Source: Alkalilimnicola ehrlichii MLHE-1 | Lineage (GTDB): Bacteria > Pseudomonadota > Gammaproteobacteria > Nitrococcales > Halorhodospiraceae | Reading direction: 5' to 3' | DNA length: 32,000 nt | Assembly: GCF_000014785.1 (NCBI RefSeq) | Contig: NC_008340.1 | Span: forward strand, 1,710,001 to 1,742,000 | Shown: piece after piece, positions 9,102 to 17,818 of the stretch | Layout of the letters: each line of letters begins with the position of its first letter | How positions within the stretch are numbered: the first letter of the stretch is position 1 | Program-made: the position numbers and the translations under genes | Notes under the pieces: model-generated | What the model was told of the DNA's origin: nothing | The model's database searches: none | What the model saw: the letters and a program-made list of their open reading frames with translations, nothing else

Positions 9102-10547
9102 ATGAGCAACAAAACACCAAAACGCCTGCAGGACTGGGTGGAATGGCTGGGCGAGCGCCCCCTGCCCCGCCACCCTGCGCTGGCACCGGACTTCGGTGCC
9201 GAGAGCGCCCTTTTGACCTGGCAGCTGCAACAAGACCCGGCAGCGGTCGTGGGCCTGTTGCGCCGTGCGGCGGCAGTGCGCCACCGTCACCTGGACACGC
9301 GCCTGGAGGGCACCGAGGAGGCCCTGATCATGCTCGGGCGCAACGGCGTGGCGGCCTGCTGGGAGGCCCTGCCACCCGCGGACCGGCTGTTACACGGTGA
9401 GGCCTTGACCCGCTATCTGCGCTGCCATGCGCGGGCGGTTCACGCGGCCCGCCAAGCGGAGGAGTGGGTGCGGTTACGCCACGACCGGCGGCCCAGCGAA
9501 GTGGCCGACGCCACCCTGATACGCCACATGGGCGAGCTGATGTTGCGGGCCCATGCCCCGGAGCGGATGGCCGAGGTGGACGCGCTGGCCACGGACGCCC
9601 GACTGGACGCCGACGCGGAGACAGCGGTGCTCGGCTTCACCCTGCAGGACCTGGCCATCAGTCTGGGTAATCATTGGCGGCTGCCCTACCTGGCGCTGGA
9701 AGACCTGAGCGGCATCCGCCCCCTCTCCCAGCGCAGCCAGGCGGTGTTGCTGGCCCTGCGCCTGGCCCGGGTGGCGGAGGACCCGCGGGCGGCCCGGGAG
9801 CTGCCGGTGCTGATCCAGGCGCTGTCGCACTACATGGGCGACAGCGAGGACCACGCCCGCCGGGTGACCCTGGAGACGGCACAGGTCATCCACGAGCAGA
9901 CCCCACCCCCCACCGGCTGGTCGCCGACACTGGCACTGGACGGGGACCGCGGGCCGTCGCCATCCACCCCGGCCCCTTTCTGCCTGGCCCCACGGGCGGA
10001 CATCCGCGCCCGGGTGGCAGCGGAATTGGAGCGGGAGGACTTTGACCGGGCACGCCTGGAGCTGCTCACCCGCCACCGCCTGGACAACCGCGAGGCGGTG
10101 CTTATCAGCCTGGTGCTGACCGGGCTGCATGAGGGGCTGGGATTGAACCGGACACTCTTCCTGCGGGCGCCACGCCGCGGTGAGCATCTGCAGTTGTTCT
10201 TGCAACGCGGCGCGCTGGGGGACCCACTGCTGCACGAGATGACCGTAACCCCGGCCCACAGCCCCCTGCTGCGTGAGGTGATCGATCAGGCCCCCGCCTA
10301 CCGGCTGTGCCAGCCGACTCAGGGCAGGGACCGGCTACCGGAGCCGTTACAGCGCTTCAACGGCGGCCAGCCCTGTCTGTTGGCCAGCCTCCGCGTCAAC
10401 GACCGGTTGGCCGGGCTGTTCTACGCCGACCGCCACCTGGCGGGGTGTGGCCTGGATGGGACGGCGGCCATGGGCTTCCGGCATTTCTGCGAACAGGCCG
10501 GCCGGCGATTGCAACGTCTTGCGGACGAGCACCACCACCTGAGCTAA
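9102..10547 (+). CDS. Probable HDOD domain signalling protein with C-terminal GAF-like region
   Basis: HDOD-like pattern LLTWQLQQDPAAVVGLLRRAA...GTEEALIMLGRNGVAACWEAL; C-terminus VLISLVLTGLHEGLGLNRTLFLRA...LASLRVNDRLAGLFYADRHLAG resembles GAF in HDOD-GAF proteins. Confidence 0.68.
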   Translation: MSNKTPKRLQDWVEWLGERPLPRHPALAPDFGAESALLTWQLQQDPAAVVGLLRRAAAVRHRHLDTRLEGTEEALIMLGRNGVAACWEALPPADRLLHGEALTRYLRCHARAVHAARQAEEWVRLRHDRRPSEVADATLIRHMGELMLRAHAPERMAEVDALATDARLDADAETAVLGFTLQDLAISLGNHWRLPYLALEDLSGIRPLSQRSQAVLLALRLARVAEDPRAARELPVLIQALSHYMGDSEDHARRVTLETAQVIHEQTPPPTGWSPTLALDGDRGPSPSTPAPFCLAPRADIRARVAAELEREDFDRARLELLTRHRLDNREAVLISLVLTGLHEGLGLNRTLFLRAPRRGEHLQLFLQRGALGDPLLHEMTVTPAHSPLLREVIDQAPAYRLCQPTQGRDRLPEPLQRFNGGQPCLLASLRVNDRLAGLFYADRHLAGCGLDGTAAMGFRHFCEQAGRRLQRLADEHHHLS

Positions 10548-10552
10548 GGCGA

Positions 10553-10897
10553 TCAGCCCGGCGGCCAGCGCAGCCGGCGGCCGCCCACCACGTGCAGATG
10601 CAGGTGGAACACCTCCTGACCGGCATCCGCATTGCAGTTCATCACCGTGCGGTAACCGCTCTCGGCGACGCCCTCCTGGGCCGCAATGACGGCCGCGGCG
10701 CGATAGAGCTTGCCGATCAGCGCCTCGTCCCCGGCCTCGATGTCGTTGATCGTGGCGATGTGCTTCTTGGGGATGACCAACACATGCAGCGGTGCCTGCG
10801 GATTGATGTCGCGGAAGGCGAGCACGTCATCGGTCTCGTGCACTACGTCCGGCTGCAGTTCCCCGGACACCATGCGGCAGAAAAGACAATCGCTCAT
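10553..10897 (-). CDS. Histidine triad (HIT/HinT-type) nucleotide-binding protein
   Basis: MSDCLFCRMVSGE...DVLAFRDINPQAPLHVLVIPKKH...GQEVFHLHLHVVGGR. Start at 10897 preceded by an aggagg Shine-Dalgarno; the longer ORF-track start is spurious. Confidence 0.95.
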   Translation of the reverse strand: MSDCLFCRMVSGELQPDVVHETDDVLAFRDINPQAPLHVLVIPKKHIATINDIEAGDEALIGKLYRAAAVIAAQEGVAESGYRTVMNCNADAGQEVFHLHLHVVGGRRLRWPPG

Positions 10898-10913
10898 GAT
10901 CCGCCTCCTGGGT

Positions 10914-11513
10914 TCAGTCGTAGTCGCGGCGGCCGGCGAAGGCGTGGGACAGCGTGCCGCTGTCCACGTACTCGAGCTCGCCGCCCATGGGCACACCGTG
11001 GGCGATGCGAGTGGTGCGCACCCCGCGCTGGTGGGCCAGCTCGGCGATATAGTGCGAGGTAGCCTCACCCTCCACCGTCGGGCTGGTGGCCAGGATCACC
11101 TCCTGCACCTCGCCCTCCGCCAGGCGCGCCTCCAGCCGGTCGAGCCCCAGGGCCTCCGGTCCCACGCCGTCCAGGGGTGAGAGCCGCCCCATCAACACGA
11201 AATAGAGCCCGCGGAAATCCGTCGCCTGCTCCAGGGCGAAGACGTCCGCCGGCCCCTCCACCACGCAGAGCAGGCTGCGGTCACGCCGGTCACTGGCACA
11301 GAGGCCACAGACCGGCTCCTCGGTGAGCACGCGGCACTGGCGACAGTGGCCCACCTGGTCCATGGCCTCGCGGATCGCCGTGGCGAGCCGGCGCCCGCCG
11401 TCGCGGTCCCGCTGCAGCAGATGAAAGGCCATGCGCTGCGCCGACCGGGGGCCGACCCCGGGCAGGCAGCGCAGGCTCTCAATGAGCTGGTCGATCAGCG
11501 GGGAGTAGCGCAT
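10914..11513 (-). CDS. recR: Recombination protein RecR
   Basis: [50 protein letters not shown] zinc finger, [14 protein letters not shown] Toprim. Confidence 0.96.
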   Translation of the reverse strand: MRYSPLIDQLIESLRCLPGVGPRSAQRMAFHLLQRDRDGGRRLATAIREAMDQVGHCRQCRVLTEEPVCGLCASDRRDRSLLCVVEGPADVFALEQATDFRGLYFVLMGRLSPLDGVGPEALGLDRLEARLAEGEVQEVILATSPTVEGEATSHYIAELAHQRGVRTTRIAHGVPMGGELEYVDSGTLSHAFAGRRDYD

Positions 11514-11520
11514 TCGCGCT

Positions 11521-11844
11521 TCAGAACGGGAGCTTGAAGCCCGAGGGCAGGTTCATACCCTCGCTCAGGCCTGCCATACGCTGCTGGCTCTCCTGCTCCA
11601 GCTTGTGCACGGCGTCGTTGAAGGCCGCCGCCACCAGATCCTCGACCATCTCGCGGTCGTCCTCGAACAGGCTGGGGTCGATACTGACCCGACGCGCCTC
11701 GTGCTTGCCGTTGATGGTCACCGCCACCATCCCGCCACCGGACTCCCCGGTGACCTCCATCTTGGCGATCTCTTCCTGGGCCTTCTTCAGCTCCTCCTGG
11801 AGCTTCTGGGCCTGCTTCATCATGTTACCGATTCCGCCCCTCAT
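11521..11844 (-). CDS. YbaB/EbfC family nucleoid-associated protein
   Basis: [54 protein letters not shown]; syntenic with recR and dnaX. Confidence 0.95.
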   Translation of the reverse strand: MRGGIGNMMKQAQKLQEELKKAQEEIAKMEVTGESGGGMVAVTINGKHEARRVSIDPSLFEDDREMVEDLVAAAFNDAVHKLEQESQQRMAGLSEGMNLPSGFKLPF

Positions 11845-11874
11845 GGCTTGTTCCTCATCTTGGGCTGTTACAGA

Positions 11875-13821
11875 TCACGTGGCCGGGTCAGCCCCCTTCC
11901 GGGGCCTGACCGTGTCCGGCAGCAACTCGGCGCCGAAGCGCTGGTGCAGCCGGGCGACGTTCGGGTCATTCTCCAGCGATTCGCGGGCGGCCCGCAGCCG
12001 TTCGGCGCGTTCCCTCCGGGCGACCGTGGCCGGTGTGTCCCGGTGCGGCGACTCGAGCCGGACATCCAGACGCACCGCCCGGCCCAGGTAGTCGCCGAGC
12101 ACCTGGGCCAGCTCCGCCTCCAGCGCCGGGGTGCGCAGCATCCCGTGGCCGCTATCGAGACGAAGGATAACACGGCCCTCCTCCTCACCGACCCACTCAC
12201 AGTGCGCGGCAAACTGTCGGAGGGCGCCGTCCAGCGGCAGGTCGCGGGCGCGCCAGGGCCAGGTTTCCGGCGTGATCCCCGCATCGTCCGGCGCCGTCGT
12301 CTCCGGCGCGGTCTCGGCGGCCGCGGGCTGAGCGCCGATCGGCGGCGGCTCCTCGTCGCTAACCGGCGGGCCTTCGGCCCAGGCCGGCGGGTCCGTCAGC
12401 CCCGCGGCCGGTTCGCGCCCCCCGGCAGGGGCCGGCTCAGCGGCGGCCGACGGGTCGGCCGGTGCCGGTGCGGGGCCATCCGGCTCGACCGCCTGGCCCC
12501 GCGCCGCCCGCATGAGCGCCTCACGGTAACCGCCCAGCCCCCCGCCCTGCTCGGGCGGCGGCGACCCACCCGCCGGAGCGGCCGCGGGCTCCGCCCGTTC
12601 TGTCGGGGTCGGCGACGGGTGGGCCTCCCGCCGGGGCCGCGTCGCCTTGGGGGCGGCCTGGGACCGCGGTGAACCCGCCGCTGCCGCTGGCGGGGCGTCT
12701 GCCCCCGCCCCGCCGGTCGCCGCCACTGCGGTCCCGGTCACCGGCTGGAAGGCCAGCATGCGCAGCAGCACCATCTCGAAGCCGGTGCGGCCCTCGGGCG
12801 CCAGCGGCAGGTCACGCCGCCCATTGAGGGCGATTTGGTAGTAAAGCTGCACATCCTCCGCCGGCAGCCTTGCGGCCAGATCCCGCAGCCGGTCCGCATC
12901 GGGGTCGCCAGCGGGCAGTGCCTCGGGCACCACCTGGAGCAGGGCCAGCTGGTGCAGGCAGTGCAGGAGCTCATCCAGGGCGTCGCTGAAGTCGGGGGCC
13001 CGCTCGCTCATCCGCGCCGTCACCGCCAGCAGCGCCCGCCCGTCGCCCGCGGCCAATGCCTCCAGCGCCTCGAGCACGAACCCGCGGTCAATGGTGCCGA
13101 GCATGGCACAGACCTCGTCCTCGCGAACCGCGCCGGCGCCGAAGGCGATGGCCTGATCCAGCAGGGAGAGCGCATCGCGCATGCTGCCCTTGGCCGCCTG
13201 CCCCAGCCGCGCCAGGGCCTGTGGCTCGGCCGCCACCCCCTCCTGCTCGACCACCGTGTGCAGGTAGTCCGCCACCAGGCCACCCGGCAGGTTCTTGAGG
13301 TTGAACTGCAGGCAGCGCGACAGAATGGTGACCGGCAGCTTCTGCGGGTCGGTGGTCGCGAGCAGGAACTTCACGTGCGGCGGCGGCTCCTCCAGGGTCT
13401 TCAACAGGGCGTTGAAGCTGTGCCCGGAGAGCATGTGCACCTCGTCGATGAGGTAGATCTTGTAGCGGCCCCGGGTGGGCGCGTACTGCACGTTATCGAG
13501 CAGCTCGCGGGTGTCCTCCACCTTGGTGCGCGAGGCGGCGTCCACTTCGATCAGGTCCACGAAGCGGCCGGCGTCCAGCTCCCGGCACGCATCGCAGGTC
13601 CCGCAGGGCTCGGCGGTCACGCCCTGCTCGCAGTTCAGGCACTTGGCCAGGATCCGGGCCACGGTGGTCTTGCCCACGCCGCGGGTGCCGGTGAACAGGT
13701 AGGCGTGGTGCAGGCGCTGCTGCTCCAGGGCGTTGACCAGGGCGCGCAGCACGTGCTCCTGCCCGGCCATCTCGGAGAAGGTGCGCGGTCGCCACTTGCG
13801 GGCGAGTACCTGGTAAGCCAT
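11875..13821 (-). CDS. dnaX: DNA polymerase III subunit gamma/tau
   Basis: [32 protein letters not shown], Walker [17 protein letters not shown], zinc cluster, [23 protein letters not shown]. Confidence 0.97.
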   Translation of the reverse strand: MAYQVLARKWRPRTFSEMAGQEHVLRALVNALEQQRLHHAYLFTGTRGVGKTTVARILAKCLNCEQGVTAEPCGTCDACRELDAGRFVDLIEVDAASRTKVEDTRELLDNVQYAPTRGRYKIYLIDEVHMLSGHSFNALLKTLEEPPPHVKFLLATTDPQKLPVTILSRCLQFNLKNLPGGLVADYLHTVVEQEGVAAEPQALARLGQAAKGSMRDALSLLDQAIAFGAGAVREDEVCAMLGTIDRGFVLEALEALAAGDGRALLAVTARMSERAPDFSDALDELLHCLHQLALLQVVPEALPAGDPDADRLRDLAARLPAEDVQLYYQIALNGRRDLPLAPEGRTGFEMVLLRMLAFQPVTGTAVAATGGAGADAPPAAAAGSPRSQAAPKATRPRREAHPSPTPTERAEPAAAPAGGSPPPEQGGGLGGYREALMRAARGQAVEPDGPAPAPADPSAAAEPAPAGGREPAAGLTDPPAWAEGPPVSDEEPPPIGAQPAAAETAPETTAPDDAGITPETWPWRARDLPLDGALRQFAAHCEWVGEEEGRVILRLDSGHGMLRTPALEAELAQVLGDYLGRAVRLDVRLESPHRDTPATVARRERAERLRAARESLENDPNVARLHQRFGAELLPDTVRPRKGADPAT

Positions 13822-13916
13822 GGTTTCCTGCTGTCTGCGGAGCGAGGCTACAAAGTGTACGGGTGGTGGGGGCGGTGCGCCACCGGTTCAGGGGAGCAGT
13901 GCGCTGCGGATAGATG

Positions 13917-14029
13917 GAGGCGGCGGATACCAGCCACACCCCGGCGCCCGAGTCCACCGCTGCCGCTGCTCCCTTCCGGGCCTGACGGAATTCACGGTTT
14001 ATCGTCGCGAGGGGACCGGCACCGCCGCC
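13917..14029 (-). ncRNA. ffs: 4.5S / signal recognition particle RNA (bacterial small SRP RNA)
   Basis: Reverse complement contains the conserved SRP domain IV core gtcaggcccggaagggagcagc. Terminal sequences pair over a long helix: ggcggcgg (14029-14022) with ccgccgcc (13926-13919), then gccgg/ctggt and cccc/gggg. Length about 113 nt, upstream of dnaX. Confidence 0.93.
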
Positions 14030-14157
14030 ATAATGGCGGCCCGTTTGGTACGGACCCTGCCTTGGGTAGGCAGCGCGGAGACGTTACCATGACAATCCGA
14101 TCACGCCAAGTGGCTGGCCTCGGATGCCCCATCCACCATCGCCCGGTAACCCCGCTC

Positions 14158-14460
14158 ATGCGCAAGAACCCATTGACCCTGCTGCTGATCGGTCTGGTCC
14201 GTGTCTATCAGTACGGGATCTCGCCCCTGATCGGCCCGCGCTGCCGCTACTGGCCCACCTGCTCCCACTATGCGGTGGAGGCCCTGCAGGTGCACGGGCC
14301 GGTGCGCGGCGGCTGGATGGCGCTGCGCCGGTTCCTGCGCTGCCACCCCTGGGGCGGGCATGGGGTCGACCCCGTGCCCGGCCGCGAGGACGGGGGAGAC
14401 ACCGGCTGCGGCTGTGGCCGGGGCAAGCCCACCCGGCTTCGACCGGGGGATCAGGACTGA
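14158..14460 (+). CDS. yidD: Membrane protein insertion efficiency factor YidD
   Basis: [69 protein letters not shown] is diagnostic. It is the C-terminal part of a longer spurious ORF (12835-14460). Confidence 0.95.
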   Translation: MRKNPLTLLLIGLVRVYQYGISPLIGPRCRYWPTCSHYAVEALQVHGPVRGGWMALRRFLRCHPWGGHGVDPVPGREDGGDTGCGCGRGKPTRLRPGDQD

Positions 14461-14798
14461 TGCCGCCACCAGGCGCGCATGCCGCCCTTGAGCTGCATCG
14501 CCTCAAAGCCCATCCGCCGCAGCCGGCGCACCACCGGGATACTCCGGTGGGCGCTCAGGCAGATCACCACCACCGGACGATCGCGATCCAGCCCCAGGCG
14601 TTGCAGCTGTCGCGGGCTACAGGACCAGACCGGCAGGTGGACTGCCCCGCGGATGTGATCCCGGCGGAATTCCGGACGGCTGCGCACATCCAGCACCTGC
14701 ACCTCGCCCATATGCACCGCCCGGGACAGCGGGCCTGGGGCGATCTCCGGCACATCCCCGAACGGCCACCAATCAGCCCAACTCACCGCCACCCTCAC
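14451..14798 (-). CDS. Rhodanese-like domain protein
   Basis: [24 protein letters not shown] ... [35 protein letters not shown], with an active-site CxxxxR loop. Confidence 0.9.
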   Translation of the reverse strand: MRVAVSWADWWPFGDVPEIAPGPLSRAVHMGEVQVLDVRSRPEFRRDHIRGAVHLPVWSCSPRQLQRLGLDRDRPVVVICLSAHRSIPVVRRLRRMGFEAMQLKGGMRAWWRHQS

Positions 14799-15447
14799 AG
14801 GCTTCGGCCGGGGAGGCGTCGCGCAGGTGCGCCCGGAAGATATACCGTCGCAGGGCGGTCTGCAGGCGCTGGTCCTGCCGGTCCAGGTTGATCACCAGCC
14901 GCCGGGGCCGGCGTCGCCCGGCCAGGGTACGGGCCTGCAGCGGCATGGGCGCCTCGCCGGGCAGCAGCAGCTCCAGATGGCGCGGCCCACCGCGGCGCCC
15001 CTCCCCGCCCAGCGCCCCCGCCGGCACGGCGATGCCGCTGGCGGAGATGTCCAGGACCGGCGTACAGCCAGGCTGCGTCGCCCGCCCGCTGCGCAGACAG
15101 ACCTCCTCCTGCGGCGGAGCGACGCGCAACGCCCGGGGACGGGCCTGTTCGTCGTGGATCTCCGGGATACCCACCTGGAAATGCAGCGGTTGGTGGGCGT
15201 CACCGACCACCCGCAGCGGGAATTGATAACGGCACCGCCCCCGGTGCACCACGATCTCCAACCGTTCCCGGGCGAACCATTGCCAGAATGCGGCGAGTTC
15301 CCCCTCGGGCATGAGCCGGCACAGGTAGTCGCGGTCCTCGTCCTCAGCCACCGGCTGCTGCCAGAGCGACTGCAGGAAGGCCCGTTCCTCCGGGGTTAGC
15401 TGGCTATCTGGTCTGACCATACGACGGCCCTTCGTTGGCTGATTCAT
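14773..15447 (-). CDS. PilZ-domain protein with YcgR-like N-terminal region, putative c-di-GMP effector
   Basis: Preceding domain with FPLRVVGDAHQPLHFQVGIPE, then RALRVAPP and PVLDISASGIAVPAG (D/NxSxxG); C-terminal LVINLDRQDQRLQTALRRYIFR. Confidence 0.72.
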   Translation of the reverse strand: MNQPTKGRRMVRPDSQLTPEERAFLQSLWQQPVAEDEDRDYLCRLMPEGELAAFWQWFARERLEIVVHRGRCRYQFPLRVVGDAHQPLHFQVGIPEIHDEQARPRALRVAPPQEEVCLRSGRATQPGCTPVLDISASGIAVPAGALGGEGRRGGPRHLELLLPGEAPMPLQARTLAGRRRPRRLVINLDRQDQRLQTALRRYIFRAHLRDASPAEACEGGGELG

Positions 15448-15519
15448 TCAAGTTTAGTCCCCTTTCGCAGCGAAAAGTGCCCGCCTGTGCGCCATGCCCC
15501 GGTCGGACGCAGGAAAGAA

Positions 15520-15548
15520 TTGCAGCCAGGCGTCGCAAAACGGATAAT
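15520..15548 (+). promoter_or_regulatory. Candidate sigma70-type promoter for the GAPDH gene
   Basis: ttgcag (15520-15525), 17-nt spacer, gataat (15543-15548). Confidence 0.5.
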
Positions 15549-15694
15549 GCGCGCGTCTAAAAAACCGTCACCCGACGCCCCGGACACGCCGGCAACACGC
15601 ACCTGGACTGCGGCCTACCGCCGCGGCCGTAATGGCTCTTGTGAGCCGGCGGACGAGGGCAGCCCCGACCAATCAAAATCAAGAGAGGTCACCC

Positions 15695-17182
15695 GTGAGC
15701 CAGCAAAACCACGATCCCGTCTTTCAGGAATGGCAAGACAACGAGGCCCGCGCTGAGGAAATGATCCCGCTGCTCGGCACCCTCTATCGCAAGTACAACA
15801 TCGTCACCTCCCTTTACGGCCGTTCCCTGATTAACCAGTCGGTGATCCGCATCCTCAAGGACCACCGGTTCGTGAAGAAGATCGAGGGCACCGAACTGTC
15901 GGTCTGCGACACGCTGCCTATCGTGCGCAAGATGAGCGATCTGGACCTGGCGCCGGCGCACGTGGACGTGGGCAAACTGGCGGTGGCCTTCAAGAACTCC
16001 AACGACAACGACGTGGAGGCCTTCCTGCGCCGGGAGCTGGCCGATATCGTCGACGGCCACGACCCCGAAGGGAGCACCGGCGAGCCCAAGGATGTGGTGC
16101 TCTATGGCTTCGGCCGCATCGGCCGCCTGCTCGCCCGCATCCTGGTGGAAAAGGCGGGCGGCGGCAGCCTGCTGCGCCTGCGTGCCGTGGTGGTGCGTGG
16201 CCAGGGCGGCGATCTTGAAAAGCGCGCCAGCCTGCTGCGCCGCGACTCCGTGCACGGGCCGTTTGCCGGCTCGATCACCGTGGATGAAAGCAACAACACG
16301 CTGGTTATCAACGGCAACCGGGTCCGCTTCATCTATGCGGACAACCCGGCGGAGGTCGACTACACCGCCTACGGCATCGATAACGCCATCGTGGTGGACA
16401 ACACCGGCAAATGGCGTGACCAGAAGGGCCTGTCCCAGCACCTGGCCTGCAATGGCGTCTCCAAGGTCCTGCTGACCGCGCCGGGCAAGGGCGACATCAA
16501 GAACATCGTCTTCGGCATCAACCACAGGGATATCGGCGACGAGGACCGGATCATCTCCGCCGCCTCCTGCACCACCAATGCCATCGTCCCGGTGCTCAAG
16601 GCGCTCAACGACAAGTACGGCGTGGAGCACGGCCACGTGGAGACGGTGCACGCCTACACCAACGATCAGAATCTGATCGACAACTACCACAAGGGCGACC
16701 GGCGGGGCCGCAGCGCCGCGCTGAACATGGTGCTTACCGAGACCGGTGCGGCCAAGGCCGTGGCCAAGGCGGTGCCGGAACTGGCCGGCAAGCTCACCGG
16801 CAACGCCATCCGGGTGCCCATCCCCAACGTCTCCATGGCCATCCTGAATCTGCGTCTGCAGGAGGACTGCTCCGCCGACGGGCTCAACGACTACCTGCGG
16901 CTCATGTCCCTGAACTCCTACATGCAGAAGCAGATCGACTACGTGGACTCCTCCGAGGTCGCCTCCTCCGACTTCGTCGGCAACCGGCATGCCGGCATCG
17001 TGGATGCCAAGGCCACCCTGGCCAGTGGCCGCAACGCCGTGCTCTACGTCTGGTACGACAACGAGTTCGGCTACAGCTGCCAGGTGGTGCGCATCCTGCA
17101 GCACATGTCCAATGTGCACTTCCTGAAGCTGCCCCGGGAGACCCAGCCGGCCACGGAGCGGATGGCCGCCGCCGCGTCCTAA
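15695..17182 (+). CDS. Glyceraldehyde-3-phosphate dehydrogenase, long (about 495 aa) form
   Basis: VVLYGFGRIGRLLARILVEK Rossmann motif, catalytic ISAASCTTNAIVPVLKAL, YDNEFGYSCQVVRIL; roughly 120-aa N-terminal extension. GTG start at 15695 preceded by agagagg. Confidence 0.93.
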   Translation: MSQQNHDPVFQEWQDNEARAEEMIPLLGTLYRKYNIVTSLYGRSLINQSVIRILKDHRFVKKIEGTELSVCDTLPIVRKMSDLDLAPAHVDVGKLAVAFKNSNDNDVEAFLRRELADIVDGHDPEGSTGEPKDVVLYGFGRIGRLLARILVEKAGGGSLLRLRAVVVRGQGGDLEKRASLLRRDSVHGPFAGSITVDESNNTLVINGNRVRFIYADNPAEVDYTAYGIDNAIVVDNTGKWRDQKGLSQHLACNGVSKVLLTAPGKGDIKNIVFGINHRDIGDEDRIISAASCTTNAIVPVLKALNDKYGVEHGHVETVHAYTNDQNLIDNYHKGDRRGRSAALNMVLTETGAAKAVAKAVPELAGKLTGNAIRVPIPNVSMAILNLRLQEDCSADGLNDYLRLMSLNSYMQKQIDYVDSSEVASSDFVGNRHAGIVDAKATLASGRNAVLYVWYDNEFGYSCQVVRILQHMSNVHFLKLPRETQPATERMAAAAS

Positions 17183-17199
17183 GGCGCGGGGGGAGCGCG

Positions 17200-17784
17200 A
17201 TGGCACACCGGCGCCTGACGGCACTGGCCCACGCCCGGTTGGCCGCACGGCTGCGTGCCGGCGACCGGGCCGTGGACGCCACCGCCGGCAATGGGCACGA
17301 CACGGTGTTCCTGGCCGACCAGGTGGGGGCGAGTGGCCATGTCTGGGCCTTTGATATCCAGCCCACGGCGCTGGCCGCCACACGCCAGCGCCTGCGGGCC
17401 CGGGGCCTGGCGTCGCGCGCCACCCTGGTCGCGGCGGGCCACGAGACCCTGGCCGAGCACCTGCCGCCCCAGGTCCAGGGCGGCCTTGCGGCGGTGATGT
17501 TCAACCTCGGTTACCTGCCTGGCGGTGACCGCGCCCTGGTCACCCGCCCGGAGACCACCCGGGCGGCGTTGTCGGCGGCCTGGCGGGCACTGGCGCCCGG
17601 TGGTGTGATCAGCCTGATGATCTACCGTGGCCATCCCGGCGGCGAGCAGGAGTATCAGGCGCTGCGGGACTGGTGCTCCGGGCTGGGCGTGACCCCGGAG
17701 GTCCCCGGCGGGCCACCGGCCAGTGACAGGGCCCCGATCTGGTGGGTGCTGCAACGCCCCCGGCCGTGCCCCCCTCGGCCGTGA
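17200..17784 (+). CDS. Class I SAM-dependent methyltransferase, putative rRNA methylase (YtqB-like)
   Basis: AVDATAGNGHDTVFLADQVG, VMFNLGYLPGGDRALVTRPETT, LAPGGVISLMIYRGHPGGEQE. Confidence 0.87.
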   Translation: MAHRRLTALAHARLAARLRAGDRAVDATAGNGHDTVFLADQVGASGHVWAFDIQPTALAATRQRLRARGLASRATLVAAGHETLAEHLPPQVQGGLAAVMFNLGYLPGGDRALVTRPETTRAALSAAWRALAPGGVISLMIYRGHPGGEQEYQALRDWCSGLGVTPEVPGGPPASDRAPIWWVLQRPRPCPPRP

Positions 17785-17818
17785 ACCCCTGGGCCGTCCT
17801 CCCCGGTCCGGTGCCCCG

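Noticed and set aside
11875-13821. E. coli-like programmed frameshift (A AAA AAG) in dnaX producing gamma
   Set aside because: No A-rich slippery heptamer was seen in the coding strand, so there is no support for a frameshift product here.
13493-13957. Minus-strand 154-aa ORF running into dnaX in another frame
   Set aside because: Covers part of ffs and an alternative frame of dnaX; translations mirror a frame-shifted DnaX.
12835-14157. N-terminal portion of the 541-aa plus-strand ORF 12835..14460
   Set aside because: Antisense to dnaX and to the SRP RNA. Only the final 100 codons (yidD, from 14158) are real.
15487-15756. 89-aa plus-strand ORF in the GAPDH leader
   Set aside because: Overlaps the promoter and the real GTG start in another frame, with arginine/proline-rich random-like composition.
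15689-17383. 564-aa minus-strand ORF antisense to the GAPDH gene
   Set aside because: Antisense high-GC artefact; the plus strand encodes full GAPDH motifs.
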